A stretch of DNA of 64,000 nucleotides from an uncultured Bacteroidales bacterium (GTDB lineage: Bacteria; Bacteroidota; Bacteroidia; Bacteroidales; UBA4417): assembly GCA_903946925.1 (NCBI GenBank), contig CAJAXK010000057.1, positions 1,807-65,806 of the forward strand. The letters are read 5' to 3'. Each line of letters opens with the position of its first letter. Within the stretch, counting starts at the first letter, position 1. Position numbers and translations under genes: made by a program. The notes beneath the pieces were generated by a model. The model did not search any database and was not told the origin of the DNA. It saw nothing but the letters and a program-made list of their open reading frames with translations. Below, piece after piece: positions 19,686 through 29,326 of this stretch.

Positions 19686-20315
19686 TTAAACCAATTTATC
19701 TTTATATGCTTTTACCACAACTTGTGCCCTTGAGTGAACATGTAATTTTTCGTAAATATTTTTAATATGATTGCGCACGGTTTGCACGCTTATAAACAAA
19801 GCACCCGCAATAATTTCATTCGTCATCCCTTGTGCAATAAGCACAAGTATTTCCTTTTCGCGAACAGTAAGATTAGATGAAGTGCCTGGATTTGCTAACT
19901 GAGGTTTCAAAAATGCCATCACCTGCTTGGCTACCATGGGCGTGAGGGCAGCACCTCCTTCATAAACCTGCTGTATAGATTCAAGTATTTTACTTGGGCT
20001 TGATTTTTTGAGAATATAACCATCAGCTCCATTTTTAATGGCTTCGAAAATATGATATTCGTCTTCGTTTATAGTAAGCATCACAATTTTCTGAGTGCGG
20101 CTTTTTTGCTTGAACAAATTGATTGCTTCCAATCCCGATAAGCCTGGTAAATTGATATCCAATAACATAACATCAGTTTCGGTATAATCCGCTAAGGCTT
20201 CTTCAACCGATGGGTACGACCATGAAACTGTATAATCAGTAAAGGACGAAATAAGATACACTAGGCTCTGCCTGAACTCTGTGTGATCTTCAACTATCCC
20301 AATTGAAATTGCCAT
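19686..20315 (-). CDS. response regulator, NarL/LuxR family (REC + LuxR-type HTH)
   Basis: 209 aa. Receiver motifs are DVMLLDINLPGLSG and a conserved K region. The C-terminal LTVREKEILVLIAQGMTNEIIAGALFISVQTVRNHIKNIYEKL is a LuxR HTH. It sits 57 nt downstream of the kinase gene. Confidence 0.9.
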   Translation of the reverse strand: MAISIGIVEDHTEFRQSLVYLISSFTDYTVSWSYPSVEEALADYTETDVMLLDINLPGLSGLEAINLFKQKSRTQKIVMLTINEDEYHIFEAIKNGADGYILKKSSPSKILESIQQVYEGGAALTPMVAKQVMAFLKPQLANPGTSSNLTVREKEILVLIAQGMTNEIIAGALFISVQTVRNHIKNIYEKLHVHSRAQVVVKAYKDKLV

Positions 20316-20372
20316 GTTATTTTTTTTGTAAAAGTAATGCCGAAAAAAGGTGTGGTCAATAGCCTTAAAAGG

Positions 20373-23300
20373 TCATATTTTGAAATGCAGCCTAATTTCA
20401 ACCCCACTATTTTGGGCAGGTAGTATTGAAAAATTAATGCCCGATTCCTGTGCCCTTCTCCGCATGTTTACCAATCCGTTGCCATGCGATCCTTTTTTTA
20501 AGGCTGCGTTTTCGCTCATACCTACACCATCGTCGGTAAGTAAAATAGTACAATGGTTATCAATAAGTTCAGCTTTAAACGCCACATTTTTGGCTCCCGA
20601 ATGGCGGATAATATTGTGCAAACCTTCTTTCAATATCAAAAAAGCATCGTTCCTGATTTTTTCTTTAAGTACAATAGGTTCATCAGGGATATCAAGGCTT
20701 GACCGGAAATTTATGTTGTTATCGGTAAGTATTTCGAACATATAATTGTTCGTTTTCGATACAAGGCTCTGCAAGGTATCGTTCCTGGGCGAGGTCATCC
20801 AAATAATATCACTTATGGATTGTAGCGCCGACTGGTTAAGTGCCGCTATTTTTGCCGAAAGTTTTTTAAAATCGTGTCTTTCGGGTTCGTTCATGCCCTT
20901 AAGGGTTTCGGCATAAATGGAAATGCTGCCAAGGGTGGAAGCAAGGTCATCGTGCAGGTCGCGCGACAGTTTTTCGCGCAATTCATGCTTTTCTTTTTGT
21001 GCCAACCTTCGCATCAATATCCTTCCGATAAACAAATGCAGCATTACAAGCAGGCCTATAGCGATAGAAGGCGCGATAAAAAACAACACCGAAGGCCATT
21101 CGAATAATAAAAACTGGTTTGTAAAAATAAAAATTATAAAAATAAAACCTGTTGCTAACCAAGTGTTTACTGCAAAATTCCACTTGCTTTGATGTAGTTT
21201 CAGATTATAAAAAACAATCAACAATAGGATGAGGATATACTTCACTATCTCCGGTTGATTTTCTTGATCAATGAAAAAATGCACAAAACGTTTCCTGCTT
21301 TGCTCATATAGGGCGGCAAGCCCTTCCAACTCATAAATTTCCTTTATGTTGCCAGCAACCAAATTATATAACCTAAGTGTGTCATCTGATGAAGGGAATT
21401 TAACCAACGCATAATAGTTTGCTCCTTTTTCTATACCAAAAATCATTTCCTTTGCCGAAATAGATGCATAGCCGTTGCCTCCGTTTATTTCGCGGTAACC
21501 AGCTAAAACGCCCTTTTTGCTTATTTCAAGAGTTTTATATAGCCATACTTTTGCCCCAATAGCATCTTTGTTCGACAAAACCCCATAAAGTTTTAATTTA
21601 ACAAAACTCTTTTTTTCAGTAATGTTCAAAAACAAACTGCTGTTCCCATTTATATAATTGGCAACATATAAATCAGGGTCTCCATCGTTATCCACATCGC
21701 CAGTGGCGCAACCGGTACAATAGCCGCTCAATTCGGCACCAAATTGCGAGGTAACATCCTGAAAACACTTGCCGCCCATGTTTTTATACAATACGTTGTC
21801 GCCTACATTTGTGATATACAAATCCTGAAAACCATCCAAATCAAAATCGGCAAAAACTGCACCATTGGTCATAAAGTTTTCATTATCAAAATATTCATTG
21901 GTTTTATCCGTAAATATCCCATCGCCATTGTTCAAATACAGTTTGTTCGGAATATTTCTGTTTGCTATAAAAAGATCGGTGAAACCATCGTTGTTAATAT
22001 CTGCAAAAGCCACAGCATTGCTTTTTGATGGCGTTGCTTTGGAAATATCGGTCAATTTGGTAATATCGCGGAAATATATATGTCCATTTTGGGTCGCATT
22101 TATATATAACTTATTTGTTGGATACCAAAAGGATACACACAAATCGGGTAAACCATCGTTGTTTACATCGGCAAAGGAAGCACACATGCCGCCACCAACC
22201 GAACTTAGTCCTGAAGTTTTAGTAATATCAGTAAAATGGCCGGTTCCGTTATTTTCGTATAGCCTGTTAGTGCCCTGCTCGTTGGCAACAAACATATCGA
22301 GATCAACATCTATATCAACATCGGCAAATACTACCGAATTGGAACGCTTCATATTTTCACAAGCACGATATTTTTGCTCCGATACATTCCTAAAATATCC
22401 CCTGCCATTGTTAATCAGCATTTTATTCAGGCTGTTGAGATAACACAGATAAATGTCCTGATCGCCATCGTTATCCAAATCAGCAACGCTTATGCCTAAT
22501 TTAAGCTCATTTTGCGCTTTGTTGTTCCGTGGGCTGATAACCCCGTTTGCATTCCTTTTCACGGATTCCTCAGCAAAACCAAATTCGCCAGTTAACTTGT
22601 TCGATTCAGCTAGATTATTGATATACAATCTATTTTGCTCATAAATCCTAACTGCATATATATCTGTTTTGCTGTCGCCATTAAAATCGGCCATGGCTAC
22701 ACCGTACTCATCGTCGGTATTTATACCGTATGTAATAAGTTTATGCGTCGAAAAACCTTCATTTCCCTGAGTGTCATCAGCATAATTGTGTTTTCCACTA
22801 AAAAGCATGCTTCCATTGCGCCCCACAATCCAAATATCGTTGTATCCAGTTCCGTTTATATCAATCAGATCATCGGTACAGGTGGTTTTTATGCGTTTCA
22901 ATTTCCCGTTCCGAAAGCTTAAAACCAATCCCTTTTCACCACAAAAAAGTAGGGTGCGATCCTTCAACAATATCATCCTGCTTACCTTCGAAAAGTCAGT
23001 ACTGCCGCAAATATATTTTATCCCTGTTGGCGATATGCTGTACAAACTATCCTCTGATAGGAAAAAACCATCGTTCATATCGGCAAAACAAAAATCTTTC
23101 ACTACTTTATTGTAAGGCAGTCTTTTATAAATGCCATTGCTGTAAAGCATAAGCTCGCCCAAGCCAGAAAGTGCCCAAAAACTTGAACAATCCTTACTGT
23201 ATAATTTCGATATGCTTGAATTTGTTGGAGCAGGAGGCAATATTTTGAAAAGACCCTTTTCGTAAACTGCAATATCAGCAAAACCGGCAAATACGGCAGA

Positions 23301-23690
23301 GTGTGCTGAGGTAAAATACATGCTACTTATAATGTTTGCAAAAGGCGAACGTATATTTTCGGTAATACCGTCGTGGGAATGATACAGAACAGAAATGCTG
23401 GTTATCTGGTTTATTGTAAACCAAATATCGTTTGTAGATAATGCGTAAAACAAAGAAATTTTTCCATCAGTAGGAAAATCCAGTTTGGTTGTCTTATTAT
23501 CTTTGAAAGAAAAAATTTTATTGGTAAGGAAAAAAACTTCCTGTTGCTGTGTTTGGGTAATTTTAATGATATCGGCTTTTGTGCCTGAATTTATTTTCTT
23601 GAATATCAATGGCTGACAAACACTATCAGCACCAATTACAAATAGTGCTAAAATTATACGCAAACGAAAATTACCGAAAAACGAATTCAA
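20373..23690 (-). CDS. sensor histidine kinase (HisKA_3 + HATPase_c) with a large FG-GAP/VCBS + ASPIC/UnbV-like extracytoplasmic domain
   Basis: 1105 aa with a signal/TM N-terminus. At least 7 FG-GAP-type Ca loops are present (DFNGDSKTDIY, DLDNDGDQDIY, DVNNDGLPDL, DINNDGFTDLF, DFDLDGFQDLY, DVDNDGDPDLY). An ASPIC/UnbV-like segment reads KDAIGAKVWLY...EINGGNGYASISAKE. A TM block follows, then the H-box LSRDLHDDLASTLGSI and the ATPase motifs DDGVGM and GHGLVNMRRRA. Confidence 0.85.
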   Translation of the reverse strand: MNSFFGNFRLRIILALFVIGADSVCQPLIFKKINSGTKADIIKITQTQQQEVFFLTNKIFSFKDNKTTKLDFPTDGKISLFYALSTNDIWFTINQITSISVLYHSHDGITENIRSPFANIISSMYFTSAHSAVFAGFADIAVYEKGLFKILPPAPTNSSISKLYSKDCSSFWALSGLGELMLYSNGIYKRLPYNKVVKDFCFADMNDGFFLSEDSLYSISPTGIKYICGSTDFSKVSRMILLKDRTLLFCGEKGLVLSFRNGKLKRIKTTCTDDLIDINGTGYNDIWIVGRNGSMLFSGKHNYADDTQGNEGFSTHKLITYGINTDDEYGVAMADFNGDSKTDIYAVRIYEQNRLYINNLAESNKLTGEFGFAEESVKRNANGVISPRNNKAQNELKLGISVADLDNDGDQDIYLCYLNSLNKMLINNGRGYFRNVSEQKYRACENMKRSNSVVFADVDIDVDLDMFVANEQGTNRLYENNGTGHFTDITKTSGLSSVGGGMCASFADVNNDGLPDLCVSFWYPTNKLYINATQNGHIYFRDITKLTDISKATPSKSNAVAFADINNDGFTDLFIANRNIPNKLYLNNGDGIFTDKTNEYFDNENFMTNGAVFADFDLDGFQDLYITNVGDNVLYKNMGGKCFQDVTSQFGAELSGYCTGCATGDVDNDGDPDLYVANYINGNSSLFLNITEKKSFVKLKLYGVLSNKDAIGAKVWLYKTLEISKKGVLAGYREINGGNGYASISAKEMIFGIEKGANYYALVKFPSSDDTLRLYNLVAGNIKEIYELEGLAALYEQSRKRFVHFFIDQENQPEIVKYILILLLIVFYNLKLHQSKWNFAVNTWLATGFIFIIFIFTNQFLLFEWPSVLFFIAPSIAIGLLVMLHLFIGRILMRRLAQKEKHELREKLSRDLHDDLASTLGSISIYAETLKGMNEPERHDFKKLSAKIAALNQSALQSISDIIWMTSPRNDTLQSLVSKTNNYMFEILTDNNINFRSSLDIPDEPIVLKEKIRNDAFLILKEGLHNIIRHSGAKNVAFKAELIDNHCTILLTDDGVGMSENAALKKGSHGNGLVNMRRRAQESGINFSILPAQNSGVEIRLHFKI

Positions 23691-23804
23691 GGCTTGGCTT
23701 TTTGCAGATATGCAAATCTACAAAACAAAAATATATAAAAATATGGATGTGTGTTCTTTAAGCCAGGCTTTCATCCATTAATAAAAACATACAAACACAG
23801 TTTA

Positions 23805-25328
23805 CTACTCTTCGAACGCCGGCTTAATAACTATTCCATCATAGCGTTTTTCTACATCTCCACGATATGTAATTATGAGGAACGGACTTCCATCTTCGTT
23901 AAATGTAACCCAATCGCCTTCGCGGCTACCGTTTATATAATTGCCTTGATCTTTAAGTTTGCCTATTGGCCAATACCAGTTTATTTTTCCGTTAAGGTTA
24001 TCGTCAATATATTCGCCTTCAAATTTCAGTGTACCATCGGCATAATACGATTTCCATTTGCCAAAACGCGCGCCTGCTTTGTAGCTTCCAAGTTCGCGGT
24101 AATTGCCAAAATCGAATACCCAATCACCTTCTTCCAAACCTTCAACAAACTGTCCCTTAACTATTTGCCTAGCTGTTTCGTCGTGTTCTTCATATTCGCC
24201 ATCTTCCATACCGGCGATATACGATTGCACACGCCTTATGCTTCCATCTTCAAAATACCAGCGCCAGGTTCCATCCAACAAGCCTGTTTTTGTATATTTT
24301 CCTTCTGATTCGAGTTTACCATTTTCGAAGTAATATTTCCAGTTACCTACTGGTTTTCCATTGGTGTATGCGCCTATGCTGCGCAAAGTGCCATCGGTGT
24401 AATATTCCTTCCAATCGCCTTGTTTGTTGCCTTCTTCGTCCACAATGCCTTCGCCGGTTAGGGCACCCTTAGTAAAAATATAGCCGGCTTTTATTTTTCC
24501 ATCCTCGCTATACTCACGGCGAACACCTTCGGCAACATCGCCATTGTAGCTTGCAACTGTTTTTACTTGACCGTTTGGATAATAATCGGTTTTTAATTTC
24601 AGGCTTGTAAGTTCTTGCGCTTCAATTTGTTCTACATCATTAATAAATTTCTTTACCGATAGTAGGCTTCCGTTTTCATCATAATCTTTAAAATAACCAT
24701 TCTTTTTATCGTCTTTGTAAACACCTTCGAGCTTAAGGTTGAAATTATCGTAAAAATATTTCCAACGGCCTTGTTTCAATCCTTTACTATCCTTACGGTT
24801 TATCCGCTCACGGCTAACCAGGAAACCTTTTTTATACTCCATGTAAGTAATTACGCTTCCATCAGGCGCAAGTTCGCGGGCAACCCCGTTTTCGAGACCT
24901 GAAACAAAATTTATAATTAAACGCACTTTTCCGTCAGGGTAGTAATAGGTTGTTGGTCCTTGCTTTACATCGTTAACAAAATTTTCGGAAACAATTTCAC
25001 CTTCACGGTAAGTGGTCTTTAAACCATTCTTTTTATCAGCCAAATAGGTTATTGAAACCAAAAGCCTGGCCGAATCGTCGTAAAATTTCCAAACGCTATC
25101 CAATAAAAAAAACTTCCGGTTTCCTTCCGATTTCAGGAAACCTTTTTCGTTATAGGTTTTCCAATATCCATCAGGTTTTCCATCGCGCATTGTTCCTTCA
25201 CTCGACAATTGCCCGTTAGGATAATAAAACTTTGTGATGCTATCTCCATTAGGCAAAGCAGATTCTTGTGCCTTTATATTGGCAACAAAAACAAAGCATA
25301 GCAGTATAAAAACTAATGATCTCGACAT
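23805..25328 (-). CDS. secreted MORN-variant repeat protein
   Basis: 507 aa with a signal peptide. It has many copies of the YYPNGQLxSEGxxxxGKxDGxWKxYxExG-type repeat (MORN_2 / YwqK-like). Confidence 0.8.
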   Translation of the reverse strand: MSRSLVFILLCFVFVANIKAQESALPNGDSITKFYYPNGQLSSEGTMRDGKPDGYWKTYNEKGFLKSEGNRKFFLLDSVWKFYDDSARLLVSITYLADKKNGLKTTYREGEIVSENFVNDVKQGPTTYYYPDGKVRLIINFVSGLENGVARELAPDGSVITYMEYKKGFLVSRERINRKDSKGLKQGRWKYFYDNFNLKLEGVYKDDKKNGYFKDYDENGSLLSVKKFINDVEQIEAQELTSLKLKTDYYPNGQVKTVASYNGDVAEGVRREYSEDGKIKAGYIFTKGALTGEGIVDEEGNKQGDWKEYYTDGTLRSIGAYTNGKPVGNWKYYFENGKLESEGKYTKTGLLDGTWRWYFEDGSIRRVQSYIAGMEDGEYEEHDETARQIVKGQFVEGLEEGDWVFDFGNYRELGSYKAGARFGKWKSYYADGTLKFEGEYIDDNLNGKINWYWPIGKLKDQGNYINGSREGDWVTFNEDGSPFLIITYRGDVEKRYDGIVIKPAFEE

Positions 25329-25341
25329 GGTATTCTTTTAT

Positions 25342-25447
25342 GTTATTGGTTAATAGTTATTGGTTATTGACTTCAAGCAAAAACTTCTATTAACTATTTA
25401 CTATACTCTATTTTCCATTAACTATTAACCAATCAACCATTAACTAT
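25342..25447. repeat. word-repeat hairpin element (TTGGTTAATAGTTA arm / CCATTAAC-word arm)
   Basis: The left arm gttattggttaatagttattggttattg (25342..25369) and right arm ccattaactattaaccaatcaaccattaactat (25415..25447) share a perfect 14-nt complement. The element lies downstream of the nadA stop. Confidence 0.6.
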
Positions 25448-25450
25448 TTC

Positions 25451-26383
25451 CTATCGTACCGACAACTCCAGCATCCTCAAAATCGGCTTCCGGGCTTTTT
25501 CTATTATTTCATCCGATAAAGTAATTTCGGGAGTTTGGTTAAGGAGGCAAAGGTAGAGTTTCTCCAGCGTATTCAACTTCATATACGGACAATCGTTGCA
25601 CGAACATGTTTCGTCTGAAGGAACTACAATAAACTCCTTTTCAGGTGAAAGTTTTTGCATTTGATGGATTATGCCTGTTTCGGTGGCAACAATAAACTTT
25701 TGGCTGCTGTCCTTGGCAGTAAAATCGAGCATTGCAGCTGTTGAACCAATAAAATCGGCCAAAATCAATACCGGCTGTTTACATTCAGGATGTGCAATAA
25801 GTTTGGCATCAGGGTTTTGGAGTTTAAGCTGCAAAATACTTTCTGTCCTAATGGTTTCGTGAACTTCGCAAGCACCGTCCCAAAGCAACATATTCCTGCC
25901 AGTCAATCCATTAATGTAAGCACCCAGGTTTTTATCAGGCGCAAAAATCAGTTTCTGGTATTTGGGGAACGATTCTACAATTTTCACCGCATTGCTCGAA
26001 GTAACAATTACATCGGACCAGGTTTTAACAGCGGCAGAGCAATTAATATAAGTAACTACTTTATGATCAGGATGTTGCTTTACAAAGTCGGAAAATTCTT
26101 TTTCGGGCGCGCTCGAAGCCAAGGAACAACCTGCTTCCAAATCGGGCAAAAGAACTACTTTTGATGGCGAAAGTATTTTCGCGGTTTCGGCCATAAAATG
26201 AACACCGGCAAAAACAATAATGTCGGCATCAGTTTCGGCTGCACGTTGCGAAAGCTGCAAACTATCGCCAACAAAATCGGCAATATCCTGTATTTCGGCC
26301 ACCTGATAATAATGCGCAAGTATTACCGCGTTCTTTTTCTTCTTGATTTCCTCAATTAATTTTACAAGTTTATCTTTTTCCAT
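25451..26383 (-). CDS. nadA: quinolinate synthase
   Basis: 310 aa. ILAHYYQ, DIADFVGDSLQLS and FAGVHFMAETAKIL are typical NadA motifs. Confidence 0.93.
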   Translation of the reverse strand: MEKDKLVKLIEEIKKKKNAVILAHYYQVAEIQDIADFVGDSLQLSQRAAETDADIIVFAGVHFMAETAKILSPSKVVLLPDLEAGCSLASSAPEKEFSDFVKQHPDHKVVTYINCSAAVKTWSDVIVTSSNAVKIVESFPKYQKLIFAPDKNLGAYINGLTGRNMLLWDGACEVHETIRTESILQLKLQNPDAKLIAHPECKQPVLILADFIGSTAAMLDFTAKDSSQKFIVATETGIIHQMQKLSPEKEFIVVPSDETCSCNDCPYMKLNTLEKLYLCLLNQTPEITLSDEIIEKARKPILRMLELSVR

Positions 26384-26927
26384 TTTTGCAAACTTTCGTA
26401 AAAGCCATTATTATATGTTTATTTTAATTTATAATTATAGTATTATTATATCGCTGTTCATAGTGTTGAAAATTTACTTAATTTTTTCTTTCCGCATAAG
26501 CAAACAGTAGTTTATCCACACTTTATTAACAGTAGTTTATGTGTTTAAGTTTTGACAGTTACCATTTTATGCAGTTATCAACAGAGTGTTAGTACAGCGG
26601 CGAGTAACAAGTGTGCAAGGTTACAAACAGGTGCAATGTGTTGATATCTTGTTGCTAAAAAACTCATAACTAAACCAAACTTTTTAGCGCGCCTTTCAAA
26701 TTGCTTACCTGTGAAATTAATGTTAACAGCAACTATATTCTGTTCACATTTTAGTAACAAAAGTAATCACTTATTAACAATAAATTGTTTAATAATTCTA
26801 TTGTGTTGATTATGAAACACCTGATTTTTGGACGTACTTTTGCACTTTGTTGTAAGTGCTTTATACGAAAGCAAATGGGCAACAAAGCTTGGATCAATTA
26901 ATACACCGAAAAAATAACTTATTAACA

Positions 26928-27371
26928 ATGCTTGATAAAACAAAAACTTTAGCTTTGGGCTGCGACCAAGGTGGGTTTGAATTAAAAGAATTTTTAAAGA
27001 TAAAGCTCGCTGAATCAGGATATTCGGTACGCGATTTTGGTACATATTCTGCCGAAAGCATGGACTATCCCGATGTTGCCCACCCAGTTGCTTCGGCTGT
27101 GGAAAATGGCCTTTTTCCGATGGCAATTTTAATCTGCGGCAGCGGAAACGGCATTTGCATGACAGCAAACAAGCATCAAAATATCCGGGCTGCTTTATGC
27201 TGGACAACCGAAATAGCCCGCCTGGCCCGTTCGCACAACGATGCCAATATTTTATGTTTGCCCGGAAGGTTTATCTCCGAAAAAGAAGCTTTAAACGCAA
27301 CAATGGCATTCCTGAAAACAGATTTTGAAGCTGGCAGGCACCAATTACGGATAGAAAAAATACCTTTGTAG
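26928..27371 (+). CDS. rpiB: ribose-5-phosphate isomerase B (RpiB/LacA/LacB family)
   Basis: LALGCDQGGFELK, ILICGSGNGICMTANKHQNIRAA and ARSHNDANILCLPGRF are RpiB motifs. I chose the ATG at 26928 (MLDKTKTLALGCD) over the longer track ORF that starts at 26856. Confidence 0.88.
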   Translation: MLDKTKTLALGCDQGGFELKEFLKIKLAESGYSVRDFGTYSAESMDYPDVAHPVASAVENGLFPMAILICGSGNGICMTANKHQNIRAALCWTTEIARLARSHNDANILCLPGRFISEKEALNATMAFLKTDFEAGRHQLRIEKIPL

Positions 27372-27465
27372 AATACTTTTAAGCAAAATTCACATGTTTT
27401 TGTAGCTATTCAAAGCTGGATTTCCGGAAGCCAATAGCAATTGACATTAATGTAAACGAATTCCC

Positions 27466-28851
27466 ATGAGCGATTCATACCATAAATTTGTTGCCGACAG
27501 CGAGAAAAAAGCTTTCGACAAAACCCATAGGGCCACGGTGGCTTTCAACATTTCGCGTTACGATGCCGCAGTGGTGCGGGGCAAGGAGCAATATTGCAAC
27601 CTCGAACTGGCGAAAGAACGCGGCGCGCATATCAAGAACAAGGTAATTACCGATATGGCAAAATACCTCACCGATTTTGAATCCGCCTTCCAATCGCGTG
27701 GCGGTAAGGTGCTTTGGGCTTTAGATGGTGCCGAAGCCGTGGCCGAAGTGTTGAAAATTGTAAAAAAACAACAGGCAAAGCGTGTTGTGAAAAGCAAAAC
27801 CATGGTAACTGAGGAAATTTCGCTTAACGAAAACCTCGAAAAAGCAGGCATCGAATCGCTTGAAACCGATTTAGGTGAATACATCGTACAACTGGCTGGC
27901 GAAAAACCTTACCATATTGTTACACCGGCCATGCACAAATCGAAAGAGGAGGTGGCCGAACTTTTCAACCAAAAGTTTGGTATGGCTGCCAACAGCACAC
28001 CCGAACAAATTACGGCTTATGTGCGCGGATTGTTGCGCGAAAAATTTGTGCAAGCTGATATTGGAATAACAGGAGCAAACTTTTTAGTCGCCGATATTGG
28101 AGCTATTTGCCTTACCGAAAACGAGGGCAATGCCTTGATGACCATGTCGTTCCCGAAAGTACATATAGTAATAGCGGGCATCGAAAAACTAATCCCTAAA
28201 ATGCGCGACCTCGACCTTTTCTGGCCGTTGTTAGCCACGCACGGAACAGGTCAGAACATTACGGTTTACAATTCGATAGTTACCGGGCCCCGGCAGGATG
28301 GCGAAACCGACGGCCCCGAAGAAATGTACGTAATCCTTCTCGACAACAACCGCACCGAGATACTTGCCCATAAAAACCAACGCCGCTCCCTGGCCTGCAT
28401 ACGTTGCGGCGCATGCCTCAATGTTTGCCCGGTTTACAAAAGCATTGGCGGCCATGCTTACGGAACTACTTACAGCGGCCCGATTGGCTCGGTAATAACA
28501 CCTTGGATGCGCGGGATGAAAGATTTTAAACATCTTAGTTTCGCCTCCTCACTCTGCGGAAGTTGTACCGAAGTTTGCCCTGTAAAAATAAACCTCCACG
28601 AACTGCTCCTCTACAACCGCAACGATTCGGTGAAGGATGGCTATGCCAACCGTTTCGATAAAACCTTGATGTTTGCCTATAAAACCGCCATGGGCAAGCG
28701 AAAATACTTAGATATGCTCAGCGGGAAAAGCAAACAAAACATGATGAAAAAATTCTTCGCCAAAAGCTGGGGGCCAAGGCGCGAACTGCCCGATGTGGCC
28801 GCCAAAAGCTTTAAGGAACTTTGGGAAGAACGGCGGGAAGGAAAGAAATAG
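27466..28851 (+). CDS. lutB: LutB/LldF-type iron-sulfur lactate-utilisation protein
   Basis: 461 aa. Two ferredoxin-type Cys clusters are present: CIRCGACLNVCPVY and CGSCTEVCPV. The N-terminal part has the DUF162/LUD-like pattern. Confidence 0.8.
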   Translation: MSDSYHKFVADSEKKAFDKTHRATVAFNISRYDAAVVRGKEQYCNLELAKERGAHIKNKVITDMAKYLTDFESAFQSRGGKVLWALDGAEAVAEVLKIVKKQQAKRVVKSKTMVTEEISLNENLEKAGIESLETDLGEYIVQLAGEKPYHIVTPAMHKSKEEVAELFNQKFGMAANSTPEQITAYVRGLLREKFVQADIGITGANFLVADIGAICLTENEGNALMTMSFPKVHIVIAGIEKLIPKMRDLDLFWPLLATHGTGQNITVYNSIVTGPRQDGETDGPEEMYVILLDNNRTEILAHKNQRRSLACIRCGACLNVCPVYKSIGGHAYGTTYSGPIGSVITPWMRGMKDFKHLSFASSLCGSCTEVCPVKINLHELLLYNRNDSVKDGYANRFDKTLMFAYKTAMGKRKYLDMLSGKSKQNMMKKFFAKSWGPRRELPDVAAKSFKELWEERREGKK

Positions 28852-29158
28852 GGGAGGGGATTGATTTTAAAAGTTTGTTACGAACGGAGCAGAAAAAAAA
28901 ATCCTGCTGCAGGTAATTTTAGCGACTATTAGTGTTAAACCAAACAAACACATCAACCTGCCATGTTAAACCTTTTATTTAGCCTTTTTAACCTACCACT
29001 TCCCAATAATCAAATGAAAATTAGCTTATAATACCTTTTTATACCTTGGTTAGAAGTATATAAAACACACATTCTTACAACTTCGTACCAATAAAAACAA
29101 GTCCCATTAATTTTATGGTAAGGTGAGAACGAAAAAGAACTTTTTAAAAAACCACTCT

Positions 29159-29326
29159 TTACGAGAGCACAATTTCTTTCCGGTTAATCCTGGATAAATA
29201 CCGTTGCCTTGCATCATCGGCATTTGCATCCATTGCAATATAAATGGTTGTTTTGTTGTCAATTACAACAGCCTGCATCTTGTTCACATTGGGTGATTCG
29301 TAATTGACTCCCTTTTTTTCACTCAT
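29159..29326 (-). CDS. possible small protein (55 aa), unknown function
   Basis: Hand translation gives MSEKKGVNYESPNVNKMQAVVIDNKTTIYIAMDANADDARQRYLSRINRKEIVLS*. It falls below the ORF-track cutoff and sits alone in a 950-bp gap. Confidence 0.25.
   Translation of the reverse strand: MSEKKGVNYESPNVNKMQAVVIDNKTTIYIAMDANADDARQRYLSRINRKEIVLS

Noticed and set aside
26767-27207. 146-aa minus-strand ORF overlapping rpiB, and the 26856 TTG-type start for rpiB.
   Set aside because: It is antisense to a well-supported RpiB frame and has no recognisable motifs. The RpiB homology begins at MLDKTKTLALGCD (26928).
27466-28851. lutB without adjacent lutA/lutC as an anomaly.
   Set aside because: Partner genes may lie elsewhere, and single-window context cannot show absence. 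It is not distinctive enough to flag.
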